From Thermoproteota archaeon (GTDB lineage Archaea; Thermoproteota; Methanomethylicia; Methanomethylicales; Methanomethylicaceae), in assembly GCA_016882195.1 (NCBI GenBank), contig VGLU01000001.1:102001-166000 (forward strand): a DNA stretch of 64,000 nt. The letters are read 5' to 3'. The notes under the pieces are model-generated. The model saw only the letters and a list, made by a program, of their open reading frames with translations, made no database searches and was not told where the DNA came from. Positions 51,659 to 59,864 of this stretch are shown piece after piece (positions within the stretch are counted from its first letter, which is position 1; every line of letters starts with the position of its first letter). A program made the translations under genes and the position numbers.

Positions 51659-54052
51659 TTATTTCTTCCGCATGCCAAACACTGCGGCGACGAGTATGGC
51701 GAGTATGGCAATGATTACGCCAGCGTATGCGACGGTTGTGAGCGTTGCGACCTGCGCGTCCAGCGAGGACACCTGCGTGTTCAGAGCAGTCACCTGGTTC
51801 CTGTAGGTGGCAATGGCGTCGTCGATTGTGACCACGGTTAACTTAACCGCTGGCGTGGTCTGCGGATCAACTGAAGTAGTAATATCAGAGTATGGGAATG
51901 TTGGGCCGGTAGCTAAGCTCTGTGAAGCAGTCATTGCACCTACTCCAGTGAGCGTCACCCTGAAGTAGAGCGTGCCGCTCTGGGTCGGCGTGTAGGCAAG
52001 CTGGTAGTATCCACCCGTTGTGGTTACAGTCTGTGCGACTGGGGTGAACGTGGCGTTGTCTGTGCTCATCTCGAGCAGAGCCACGATACCGCCCTGCTCA
52101 ACGGCGGCTACAGGATCTATGGCGAACTGCCCGGTGAGGATGATTGGTTCGTTGACGAAGTAGTTCGTGACCGCGGCTACTGGTCCACCTGGCGTAACTC
52201 CCACTTCGTATCCCGCCAGTGCAAGGTACTCCTTCGCCTTCGCCGGGTCGTAGGCCCTTGGTTCGCATGCGGTGTTCACGTACGGGCTGAGTGGGTTCAC
52301 GTGAACCGCACCGGGATCTCCGAAGCCGCTCAGGAGGTTGTCGATGATCAGATCTCTGGGTATCAGGTAGTCAAAGGCAGTCCTCACGTATCTGGCAGCC
52401 TCGGCCGCTCTCGTTGGGTCCTGAATACCCAGCGGCGTGGCAGTACCAGTACCCCAGATGGGGTGCCTCATGTTGTAGCCGAGCTGTTGTAAGCCCGATC
52501 CGGCAAGGATGTAGGAGGTGGCGAAGTAGAGGTTTCCAGCCATATAATCCCTCTGCAACTGGTAGTTCTGGTCAAGTATGTGTACCTGCTCGTTCTTCAG
52601 GGCAGCGATTGCTGAGTCCTTCTCCACGATGTACCTCACGTAGTAGTTCTGGATGGTGAACTGGCCTTTGGACTCCAAGCCTGTCTTGTTCCAGTAGTCG
52701 TTGAACTTCTCCGTTGTTACTATCGCTCTGGTCGGATCGTAGCTCACGTACTTGTAAGGTCCGCAACCGATAGGCCCTGAGAAGGTCTGGCCGTTTACGG
52801 TGTATGTACCGGTACCCGCGTTGAACGGGTGGTTCATCCAGTCTTCGAAGGGAACAGCCTCTAAGACGTGCTTGGGCACAAGGTAACCGGGTATACCCTC
52901 AGGGAAGAATGTGGCGGCTGGCATTCCGAGGGCGCCAAAGTCTGCGATCGTGCATTTAACCGTGTACGTGTCCACAGCCTCTACAGACGCGACTCTAGTT
53001 CCCGTCTCGGTTGTAGCAGGGTAGTAGCCAACGCCCTTCTCGAGGTCGATCACCAGTCTTGTGGTTGTTCCGTTGAGCCACGTGAAGGTGATATCGTCGC
53101 CGATGTAGCCTGCTGTGAAGGCTGACTGTTGGGAGCCGGACTGCAGGTTGAGGTACGCGAGCCACGTGAAGACCACGTCGTCAGCCGTGACCTCAACGCC
53201 GTCGTGCCATTTCACGCCCTGTCTCAGGGTGAAGGTGTATTCCCTACCGTCGGCAGAAACAACAGGAAGTGCAGCGGCAACCGAGGGTTTGAACGAGTAG
53301 TCGCTATCAAGGTAGTACAGACCGTCGAAGATAGGGTGGAAGACCAAAGTATCATACCAAGAGTTGGAGAGAGGCGGGTTTAGATCGAGCAGCTCGCCCG
53401 TAGTTGCCAGAACGGCATCAGTCCTTCCTGTTACGAATTGGGGTGTCGGGCCAATATTGTCAAAGATCCACTCAAAACCGTGGAAGTTGAGGGCGCTATC
53501 AGCAGTGAAGACAGCCTGTGTTAAGAGTATCTGGGAGGCAGGCAAGTCCTGGTACTGTACGAGTTGCCAGTCCTTGAATGCCTGTATGCCCTCGGCGGTG
53601 TATCCCTTGGTCAGGCAAAGCTCCAACAGCCGATCGGCGGTGGCGTTGTTCCACAGGAAGTAGTTTGAGTTGGGCGGCGTGTTCGCTCCGTAGTATATCT
53701 GGAAGGACCCTGCGAAGGGTGTAGAAGGTGCCCCAGGGGTCCAACCTATAAACAGGGCGTCATATCCGCCCTCGTCGTAGGTCTTTCCTATCATCTCTGG
53801 TACAGGTGTCAGACATCTGTCATAGACGGAACCCCATCCCATAAAGACCATCCTGGCGTCTATTCCCACGGACTGGAAAGAGTTGGCGATGATAAGACCC
53901 CACTGGCGCCTAAGCAGGTTGGCACTACCGGGAGCTATCATGGTTATTTTGAAGATGCCTTGATCTGTTGCGACCACTGGTTGAACGATTGCAAAGGTGG
54001 AAACGACCATTAGTCCAAGCATGGCAATAGCAAAAATCTCTTTGGTTCTCAT
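51659..54052 (-). CDS. ABC transporter substrate-binding protein (family 5, oligo/dipeptide type) with C-terminal stalk and TM anchor
   Basis: Signal anchor, then a family-5 SBP body. Extra C-terminal Ig-like region, a heptad-like stalk (..IDDAIATYRNQVTALNTQVSSLDAQVATL..) and a TM helix ending MRKK. The start is taken as Met 54052. Confidence 0.85.
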   Translation of the reverse strand: MRTKEIFAIAMLGLMVVSTFAIVQPVVATDQGIFKITMIAPGSANLLRRQWGLIIANSFQSVGIDARMVFMGWGSVYDRCLTPVPEMIGKTYDEGGYDALFIGWTPGAPSTPFAGSFQIYYGANTPPNSNYFLWNNATADRLLELCLTKGYTAEGIQAFKDWQLVQYQDLPASQILLTQAVFTADSALNFHGFEWIFDNIGPTPQFVTGRTDAVLATTGELLDLNPPLSNSWYDTLVFHPIFDGLYYLDSDYSFKPSVAAALPVVSADGREYTFTLRQGVKWHDGVEVTADDVVFTWLAYLNLQSGSQQSAFTAGYIGDDITFTWLNGTTTRLVIDLEKGVGYYPATTETGTRVASVEAVDTYTVKCTIADFGALGMPAATFFPEGIPGYLVPKHVLEAVPFEDWMNHPFNAGTGTYTVNGQTFSGPIGCGPYKYVSYDPTRAIVTTEKFNDYWNKTGLESKGQFTIQNYYVRYIVEKDSAIAALKNEQVHILDQNYQLQRDYMAGNLYFATSYILAGSGLQQLGYNMRHPIWGTGTATPLGIQDPTRAAEAARYVRTAFDYLIPRDLIIDNLLSGFGDPGAVHVNPLSPYVNTACEPRAYDPAKAKEYLALAGYEVGVTPGGPVAAVTNYFVNEPIILTGQFAIDPVAAVEQGGIVALLEMSTDNATFTPVAQTVTTTGGYYQLAYTPTQSGTLYFRVTLTGVGAMTASQSLATGPTFPYSDITTSVDPQTTPAVKLTVVTIDDAIATYRNQVTALNTQVSSLDAQVATLTTVAYAGVIIAILAILVAAVFGMRKK

Positions 54053-54297
54053 TTTGTTTTCACCAAACCACACACTATAGTGTAGTAATGAGATATTAGT
54101 TACAAACTGTATTTAAGGGCTATCATTTTTACCATCATAAATCGGCTTACATTGAGCCTAAGAGGACGTCTTCTGATTAAAAGATGTAATATTTCAGGCA
54201 GGCATATTCATATTTGAAAAACATTGTTTTTGTTTAACAGAAATTGAACTGGTACTGTGGACCAGACTTCAATCATATAAATTTTACCTTAGTTTGG

Positions 54298-55302
54298 TTA
54301 AATGAACTTATGGTAATAGTGGCACGAGACGTAGTGGTCCACATCGACCTGTGCTAGGACTGGCTTCTCTTGGGAACACTTCGATGTGGCGTACTGACAC
54401 CTCGGGTGGAACCTGCAACCCGACGGGGGGTTGACGGGGCTCGGGACCTCCCCCGGCAGCAGTATGATATTCATCTTCCTCTTTGGATCCGGGATGGGCA
54501 CCGCCGACATCAGTGCCCTCGTGTAGGGATGAACGGGGCGATCGAACAGCTTCTCCGTTGTTGCGGACTCCACGATCTCGCCCAAGTACATCACCATCAC
54601 CCTCTGGGAGATCTGCCTGACCGAGCTGAGGTCGTGGGAGATGTAGAGGTAGGACATCCCCAGTTTGTTCTGCAGGTCCATTATCAGGTTAAGTATCTGA
54701 GCCCTTATTGAAACGTCAAGGGAGGAGACAGGCTCGTCCGCAATGATGAACGTTGGGTTCACTGCAAGTGCCCTGGCGATGCAGATCCTCTGCCTCTGCC
54801 CGCCGCTGAACTCGTGCGGGTACCTCTCGGCGTGGTACGGCTCGAGGCCGACCAGCTCAAGTAGCTTGTAGACCCTCTCCTTCCATTCGTTTGAAGAGAC
54901 GTGCTTGTGGATCTTGAAGGGCTCGCTTATGATATCGAAGACCGTCATTCTCGGGTCCAGAGACGAGTACGGGTTTTGGAAGACCATCTGCATGGCTCTC
55001 CTCAGCCTCATCTTCTCCTCGCCCGAGCCCTTCGAGAAGGTCTTTATCGCATCCCTTCCTTGGAACAGAACCTCACCGGATGTAGGGCGCTCCAGATAAA
55101 GGATCAGCTTCCCCGTGGTGGTCTTGCCGCAGCCGCTTTCCCCCACCAAGCCAACCGTCTCGCACTCGTTAATGGCAAAATTGATGTGATCAACGGCATG
55201 GACCTGACCAACAACCTTCTTCATCAGGATGCCCCTCGAGTATACCGGGAAGTACTTTACGAGGTCCTTAACCTCGAGGAGTGGCTGTGCCATGTCTATC
55301 AT
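54298..55302 (-). CDS. oligopeptide/dipeptide ABC transporter ATP-binding protein (OppF-type)
   Basis: Walker A GESGCGKTT, signature FSGGQRQRI, Walker B IIADEPVS, C-terminal oligopeptide Cys motif. ATGA overlap with the upstream gene if the start is 55302. Confidence 0.9.
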   Translation of the reverse strand: MIDMAQPLLEVKDLVKYFPVYSRGILMKKVVGQVHAVDHINFAINECETVGLVGESGCGKTTTGKLILYLERPTSGEVLFQGRDAIKTFSKGSGEEKMRLRRAMQMVFQNPYSSLDPRMTVFDIISEPFKIHKHVSSNEWKERVYKLLELVGLEPYHAERYPHEFSGGQRQRICIARALAVNPTFIIADEPVSSLDVSIRAQILNLIMDLQNKLGMSYLYISHDLSSVRQISQRVMVMYLGEIVESATTEKLFDRPVHPYTRALMSAVPIPDPKRKMNIILLPGEVPSPVNPPSGCRFHPRCQYATSKCSQEKPVLAQVDVDHYVSCHYYHKFI

Positions 55303-56270
55303 CTCCCTCCTTGCAGCTCGCGCCACCTATGACAGGTTATGAAGTGTGATCCTCCCACATCCTCCAGCGGAGGTACCTTTTCCATGCAGATGTTTATTGC
55401 GTACTGGCACCTCGGGTGGAAGACGCAGCCAGAAGGCGGGTCGATGAGGTTGGGAATGTTGCCGGGTATTGAGGTGAGCTTCCGGGTCTGGTCCAACCTG
55501 GGCACTGCCTTCAGTAGGGCCTCTGTATACGGGTGCGGCTTCTCAAAGATCGTCTCGATGTCGCCGCTTTCCATGACGTGGCCCGCGTAGAGGACGACGA
55601 CGCACTTGCACATCTCGGCAACTATGCCCATATCGTGCGTGATCATGACAAGGGTCATCCCTAGGTCTCTCTGGAGATCCTTGAGTAATGTAATTATCTG
55701 GGCTTGGATCGTCACGTCAAGATTTGTGGTGGGCTCGTCGGCGAAGAGGAGCTGAGGGTTTAGAAGCAGGGCTCTGGCGATGCAGATCCTCTGTTTCATG
55801 CCGCCGCTGAACTGGTGTGGGTATTGGCCGAGAGACTGCTCCGGGTCTGGCAATCTTGCAACCTTTAGCGTCTTTATAACCTGTTCGAGTGCCTGATCCT
55901 TCTTCACCCTATCGTGCTGTATCACGATGTCGGCGAGCTGGTCTCCAATGGCGAACAGGGGGTTCAGGGAGCTTGTTGGGTCCTGGAATATCAGGGAGAT
56001 CTTTTTGCCCCTGAACTTGCGCATGTCATCCTCCTTCTTGGCTAGGAGGTCCTCCCCATCAAAAAGGATTTTACCGCCAATAATTTTGCCAGGTTTTGGG
56101 ACGATCCTCAGCACCGACTGCGCGGTGACGGATTTGCCGCTGCCGCTCTCACCGACAAGCCCCACCGTGCAGCCCTTCTCGACGGTGAATGAGATGTCCT
56201 CAAGGGCCTTCACCACGCCTGCCTCGGTGAAGAAGTGAGTCTTGAGGTTCTGCACGTCTAGTATGTTCAT
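55299..56270 (-). CDS. oligopeptide/dipeptide ABC transporter ATP-binding protein (OppD-type)
   Basis: Walker A GESGSGKS, signature FSGGMKQRI, Walker B LFADEPTT. Confidence 0.9.
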   Translation of the reverse strand: MNILDVQNLKTHFFTEAGVVKALEDISFTVEKGCTVGLVGESGSGKSVTAQSVLRIVPKPGKIIGGKILFDGEDLLAKKEDDMRKFRGKKISLIFQDPTSSLNPLFAIGDQLADIVIQHDRVKKDQALEQVIKTLKVARLPDPEQSLGQYPHQFSGGMKQRICIARALLLNPQLLFADEPTTNLDVTIQAQIITLLKDLQRDLGMTLVMITHDMGIVAEMCKCVVVLYAGHVMESGDIETIFEKPHPYTEALLKAVPRLDQTRKLTSIPGNIPNLIDPPSGCVFHPRCQYAINICMEKVPPLEDVGGSHFITCHRWRELQGGR

Positions 56271-56276
56271 TTTGAA

Positions 56277-57233
56277 CTACTCCCTGAGCCTCGGGTTCAG
56301 CGCATCTGATAGACCATCGCCGACTAAATTGAAAGCGAGAACGGTAAGGAATACGGCAAGGCCCGGAAACATCTCAACCCACCATACCGTGCTGAGGTCT
56401 TGCAGACCCTCTTCCATGAGCCGCCCCCAGGTAATCGTGTTGGGGTCTCCGAATCCTAGGAAGCTCACCGCAGCTTCAAGAAGTACCGCGACGGCCATGG
56501 TGAGAGTCCCCAGCACTATGATCTGAGAAAGGGTGTTAGGGAGGACGTGCCTGAGCATTATCCATCTGGAGCTCGCTCCCAGACTCTTGGCGGCTTGGAT
56601 GTACTCGGTCTCCTTCATTCTGAGAACCTCTCCTCTTATCACACGGGCGTATGAGGCCCAACTAAATATGGAGAGGATCACGATCACCATTGTCAAGCCG
56701 GCGGGCACGTTTATACCGAAGATGTTCCAGAAGGGCTCGGGATTTCTCAGCTGATAGAGCCTCGCGAAGACGAGTATGAATAAGAGTGAGGGGAAGACCA
56801 GAAATATCTCGGTTATTCGCATGAGGACATCGTCAACGTAGCTGCCCAGATACCCTGAGACGATACCAACACTGACTGCGATCAACATGGTAATGAGGGT
56901 CACTGTAACTGCGACATATACCGTGTAAACAGAGCCGTGGATCACCTCGCTGTACACATCTGTGCCCATAACAGATGTGCCGAAGGGATGTTTCCATGAG
57001 GGTGGTTGGGCTGCTTCACCCTCGTAGAGCGGTTTGAAGGAGTCGGGAGCGGGTCTTGCAGGGTAAGGGGCTATTACCGTATGTAGCGCGGCTATTGCGA
57101 GGAGAACAATTACCATGCCGAGACCAAACAGTCCAGACTTGTGCTTCTTGAACCTCCTCCATGCAACGGCCCACTGGCTCGCGCCTCTTTTCATGGTTTT
57201 TTCAGAGTTTTTGTTTCTTCTGAGGGCGACCAT
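56277..57233 (-). CDS. ABC transporter permease (OppC/DppC-type)
   Basis: BPD_transp_1 EAA-like loop ..YIQAAKSLGASSRWIMLRHVLPN... Confidence 0.9.
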   Translation of the reverse strand: MVALRRNKNSEKTMKRGASQWAVAWRRFKKHKSGLFGLGMVIVLLAIAALHTVIAPYPARPAPDSFKPLYEGEAAQPPSWKHPFGTSVMGTDVYSEVIHGSVYTVYVAVTVTLITMLIAVSVGIVSGYLGSYVDDVLMRITEIFLVFPSLLFILVFARLYQLRNPEPFWNIFGINVPAGLTMVIVILSIFSWASYARVIRGEVLRMKETEYIQAAKSLGASSRWIMLRHVLPNTLSQIIVLGTLTMAVAVLLEAAVSFLGFGDPNTITWGRLMEEGLQDLSTVWWVEMFPGLAVFLTVLAFNLVGDGLSDALNPRLRE

Positions 57234-57247
57234 TTAGCATGACTCTC

Positions 57248-58240
57248 CTACTCGATGCTTATTCTTGGATCTATCCAGGCATAGGCCATATCTGTTATCA
57301 GATTGGCAACGAGTATCATTATGGTGATAATCATGGTGATTCCCATTATCAGGGGGAAGTCAAGCCGGAGGGTGGCCGCTACATAAGCCCTTCCCAACCC
57401 TGGCCAGCTGAAGACGGTCTCCGTGATGGGTGCACCTGCTATCATATAACCTATCGAGATGCCAAGGAGGGTTATGAGCGGGGTGATGGCGTTCTTGAGA
57501 GCATACTTATAGAGAATTTTCCGCTCAGATATCCCGCTGGCCCTTGCTGCCATTATGTAGTCTTGCCTAAGAACGTCGAGCATTCCTGCTCTGAGCAACC
57601 GCACGTTGTACGCCAGCCCGGCTAACGTTAGAACCGTTGCAGGCAGCACGAGATGAACCAATTCGTCAAGAGTCTCGTTTCTAATTCCAAAAACCGGCCA
57701 GAGGTATGGCGCACCATGCGCGCCCGCTGAGGGGAGCCACCCAAGCTGGAAGGAGAAGACAAGTATTAGAACTATACCCAACCAGAAGACTGGAACGGAT
57801 ATTCCGAATATGGCGATACTTGAAATGGTGTAATCGGTAGCAGAACGCTGCTTTAGTGCAGAGTATATGCCCGCTGGGAGGGAGATAAGGAACGCGAGAA
57901 GTATAGAGACTAGCTGCAACTTTATGGTCTCCCAGAAGAGCGTTGAGATAATCTCGTTAACCGGTCTTCCGCCGTAAAGGGACTTGCCAAAATCAGCATG
58001 AACAAAGTGATCCAACCATCTGACGTACTGCATCGGAATTGGGTCGTTCAGCCCGTAGTACTCTCTCAGGGCATTCCTCTGAGCCTCAGTAATGCTGGGA
58101 TTTCCGGCTGTTGCCAGCTGGATGGGGTCCCCCGCCGCATACATCACCAGAAAGGCCACAATGGATATTCCGATTATGAGTGGGACCATATAGATGGCTC
58201 TTCGGGCGATGTATTTGCCAAGCCCCATAACAACCAACAC
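57248..58240 (-). CDS. ABC transporter permease (OppB/DppB-type)
   Basis: ..YIARRAIYMVPLIIGISIVAFL.. N-terminus and ..DYIMAARASGISERKILYKYALKNA... Confidence 0.9.
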   Translation of the reverse strand: MLVVMGLGKYIARRAIYMVPLIIGISIVAFLVMYAAGDPIQLATAGNPSITEAQRNALREYYGLNDPIPMQYVRWLDHFVHADFGKSLYGGRPVNEIISTLFWETIKLQLVSILLAFLISLPAGIYSALKQRSATDYTISSIAIFGISVPVFWLGIVLILVFSFQLGWLPSAGAHGAPYLWPVFGIRNETLDELVHLVLPATVLTLAGLAYNVRLLRAGMLDVLRQDYIMAARASGISERKILYKYALKNAITPLITLLGISIGYMIAGAPITETVFSWPGLGRAYVAATLRLDFPLIMGITMIITIMILVANLITDMAYAWIDPRISIE

Positions 58241-58297
58241 TCGTTACATGTTCTGGGTGAATATAAATATTTACAGATTTCCCCCTTGGATTAATAT

Positions 58298-58606
58298 TTA
58301 TTCGACATATTCTGGACGGTTTCGTAGAAAGTCCTTGAGTCTCCTTTCAAACTCGGCCGAACCAAGACCTCTTATGTAAATCTCCTTCACTTTCGGTAGA
58401 GCCACGAATTATAAACACGGACGATCCGGGTACCCCCGCCGCCTTTGAGAGTAGCTTGATTACGCCGAGGTTAGCCCTGTTCCTCGACGGAGGTTCCCTA
58501 GTCTCAACGCAGAGTTCGTCGGAGATCTTGATGGCATCCCTTCTAGAGGACGGTTTGACGAAGGCCGTTACGATGATGTCCTCTTTCAGCTCTTTTATCC
58601 TAAAGA
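58298..58606 (-). pseudogene. DUF167 (YggU-like) gene, frameshifted and without canonical start
   Basis: Hand translation. Frame A reads ..IIVTAFVKPSSRRDAIKISDELCVETREPPSRNRANLGVIKLLSKAAGVPGSSVFIIRGST. It must shift by one nt near 58392-58397 to continue KVKEIYIRGLGSAEFERRLKDFLRNRPEYVE*. No ATG/GTG/TTG is seen in frame A. Confidence 0.5.
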
Positions 58607-58609
58607 CCT

Positions 58610-59491
58610 TCAGCTCAGGAGCTCGTAGGCCTTTATCAGCGCCTGAGTTCCCTTGTCGCCGAGTCCCTTCGCCTCGGCTATCCGGAATATCTGGTGCGCC
58701 AGACCCGAGGCTGGGAGCGGGAGCTTGAGCTCCTCGGCGAGCTGCAGGGCAAGCCGGATGTCCTTCTGCTGCAGGCGGAGCTTGAAGCCTGGCTCCATGT
58801 CGCCCCTGAGGATCTTGGGCGCCAGGTTTGAGATTATGTTTGACGCGCCGAGACCCCCGCTGACCACCTCTATCATCTTCCCCACATCCACCCCGGTCTT
58901 CCTGCAGAGGGTGATCCCCTCACACATGGAGACGATGTTAAGCGCGCATATCACCTGGTTGCACAGCTTCACGGTCTCACCGGCGCCGTGATCCCCAACG
59001 TGGACGACGACCCGCCCCATCGCCTTGAATATTGGCATGCACCTCTCGAAGACCTCCTTCTTGCCGCCCACCATTATGGAGAGGGTCCCCTCCATCGCGC
59101 CCTTCTGACCGCCGCTGACAGGAGCATCCAGCATATCTGCGCCCTTTGCGGCGAGGGCCTCTGCAATCTCTTTCGTGACCCTCGGGGAGATGGTGCTCAT
59201 GTCTATTACCGTCATGCCCGATCGAACGCCCTCCAGAACGCCTCCCTTTCCAAGTATGACCTCCCTCACGTCTGGGGAGTCGGGCAGCATCGTTATCACC
59301 ACATCGCTCCTCTGGACCACCTCTCTCCCAAAGTTGGCAGCCTGCGCGCCAAGGGATGCGAGCTCTTCTACGGGCCTCCTGCTCCGGTTATGAACCACGA
59401 GGCTGAAGCCTGCCTTCATAAGGTTCTTTGCCATTGGGAGTCCCATTATTCCAAGGCCGATAAAACCTATTTTCAAGACAACCACCAGCAA
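58610..59491 (-). CDS. 3-hydroxyisobutyrate dehydrogenase-family NAD(P)-dependent oxidoreductase
   Basis: ..KIGFIGLGIMGLPMAKNL.. Rossmann motif. The likely true start is TTG 59476 (MKIGFIGLG). Confidence 0.85.
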   Translation of the reverse strand: MLVVVLKIGFIGLGIMGLPMAKNLMKAGFSLVVHNRSRRPVEELASLGAQAANFGREVVQRSDVVITMLPDSPDVREVILGKGGVLEGVRSGMTVIDMSTISPRVTKEIAEALAAKGADMLDAPVSGGQKGAMEGTLSIMVGGKKEVFERCMPIFKAMGRVVVHVGDHGAGETVKLCNQVICALNIVSMCEGITLCRKTGVDVGKMIEVVSGGLGASNIISNLAPKILRGDMEPGFKLRLQQKDIRLALQLAEELKLPLPASGLAHQIFRIAEAKGLGDKGTQALIKAYELLS

Positions 59492-59598
59492 GTTGGTCTG
59501 TACGATAAACTGGAACGTTCCGATGTTTAAACTTTCGTAAAGTATTGCAAAGAACCGTTATAACTTACATTTGTGGATACTATACCGTGTGAAAGCCT

Positions 59599-59862
59599 AT
59601 GCCTTTCTGTAGGGAGTGCAGGTGGTGGAGGCCCGATGTGTTTTTCGCATACATCGGAGAGTGCGAGAAGAAAGGAAAAGCATCCCAGGAAGACGAATCC
59701 TGTGACGGTTTTGAGTTGAAGCAGGATGCGGAATTCATGTGGTGCCGCGACTGCAGGATCACGATCCATAGGTCGGAGAGGGCCAGGCACAAGAGCCACG
59801 GCTTGTTCGCCCAAGTGCATGTAGACTATGACGCTCACGAGTACACCAGTGCTGGTGATTAG
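59599..59862 (+). CDS. small cysteine-rich protein (CxxC...C...C...CxxC)
   Basis: 87-aa ORF ending 2 nt before the OFOR alpha start. Cys pattern C4/C7, C22, C35, C49/C52. No family recognised. Confidence 0.45.
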   Translation: MPFCRECRWWRPDVFFAYIGECEKKGKASQEDESCDGFELKQDAEFMWCRDCRITIHRSERARHKSHGLFAQVHVDYDAHEYTSAGD

Positions 59863-59864
59863 GA

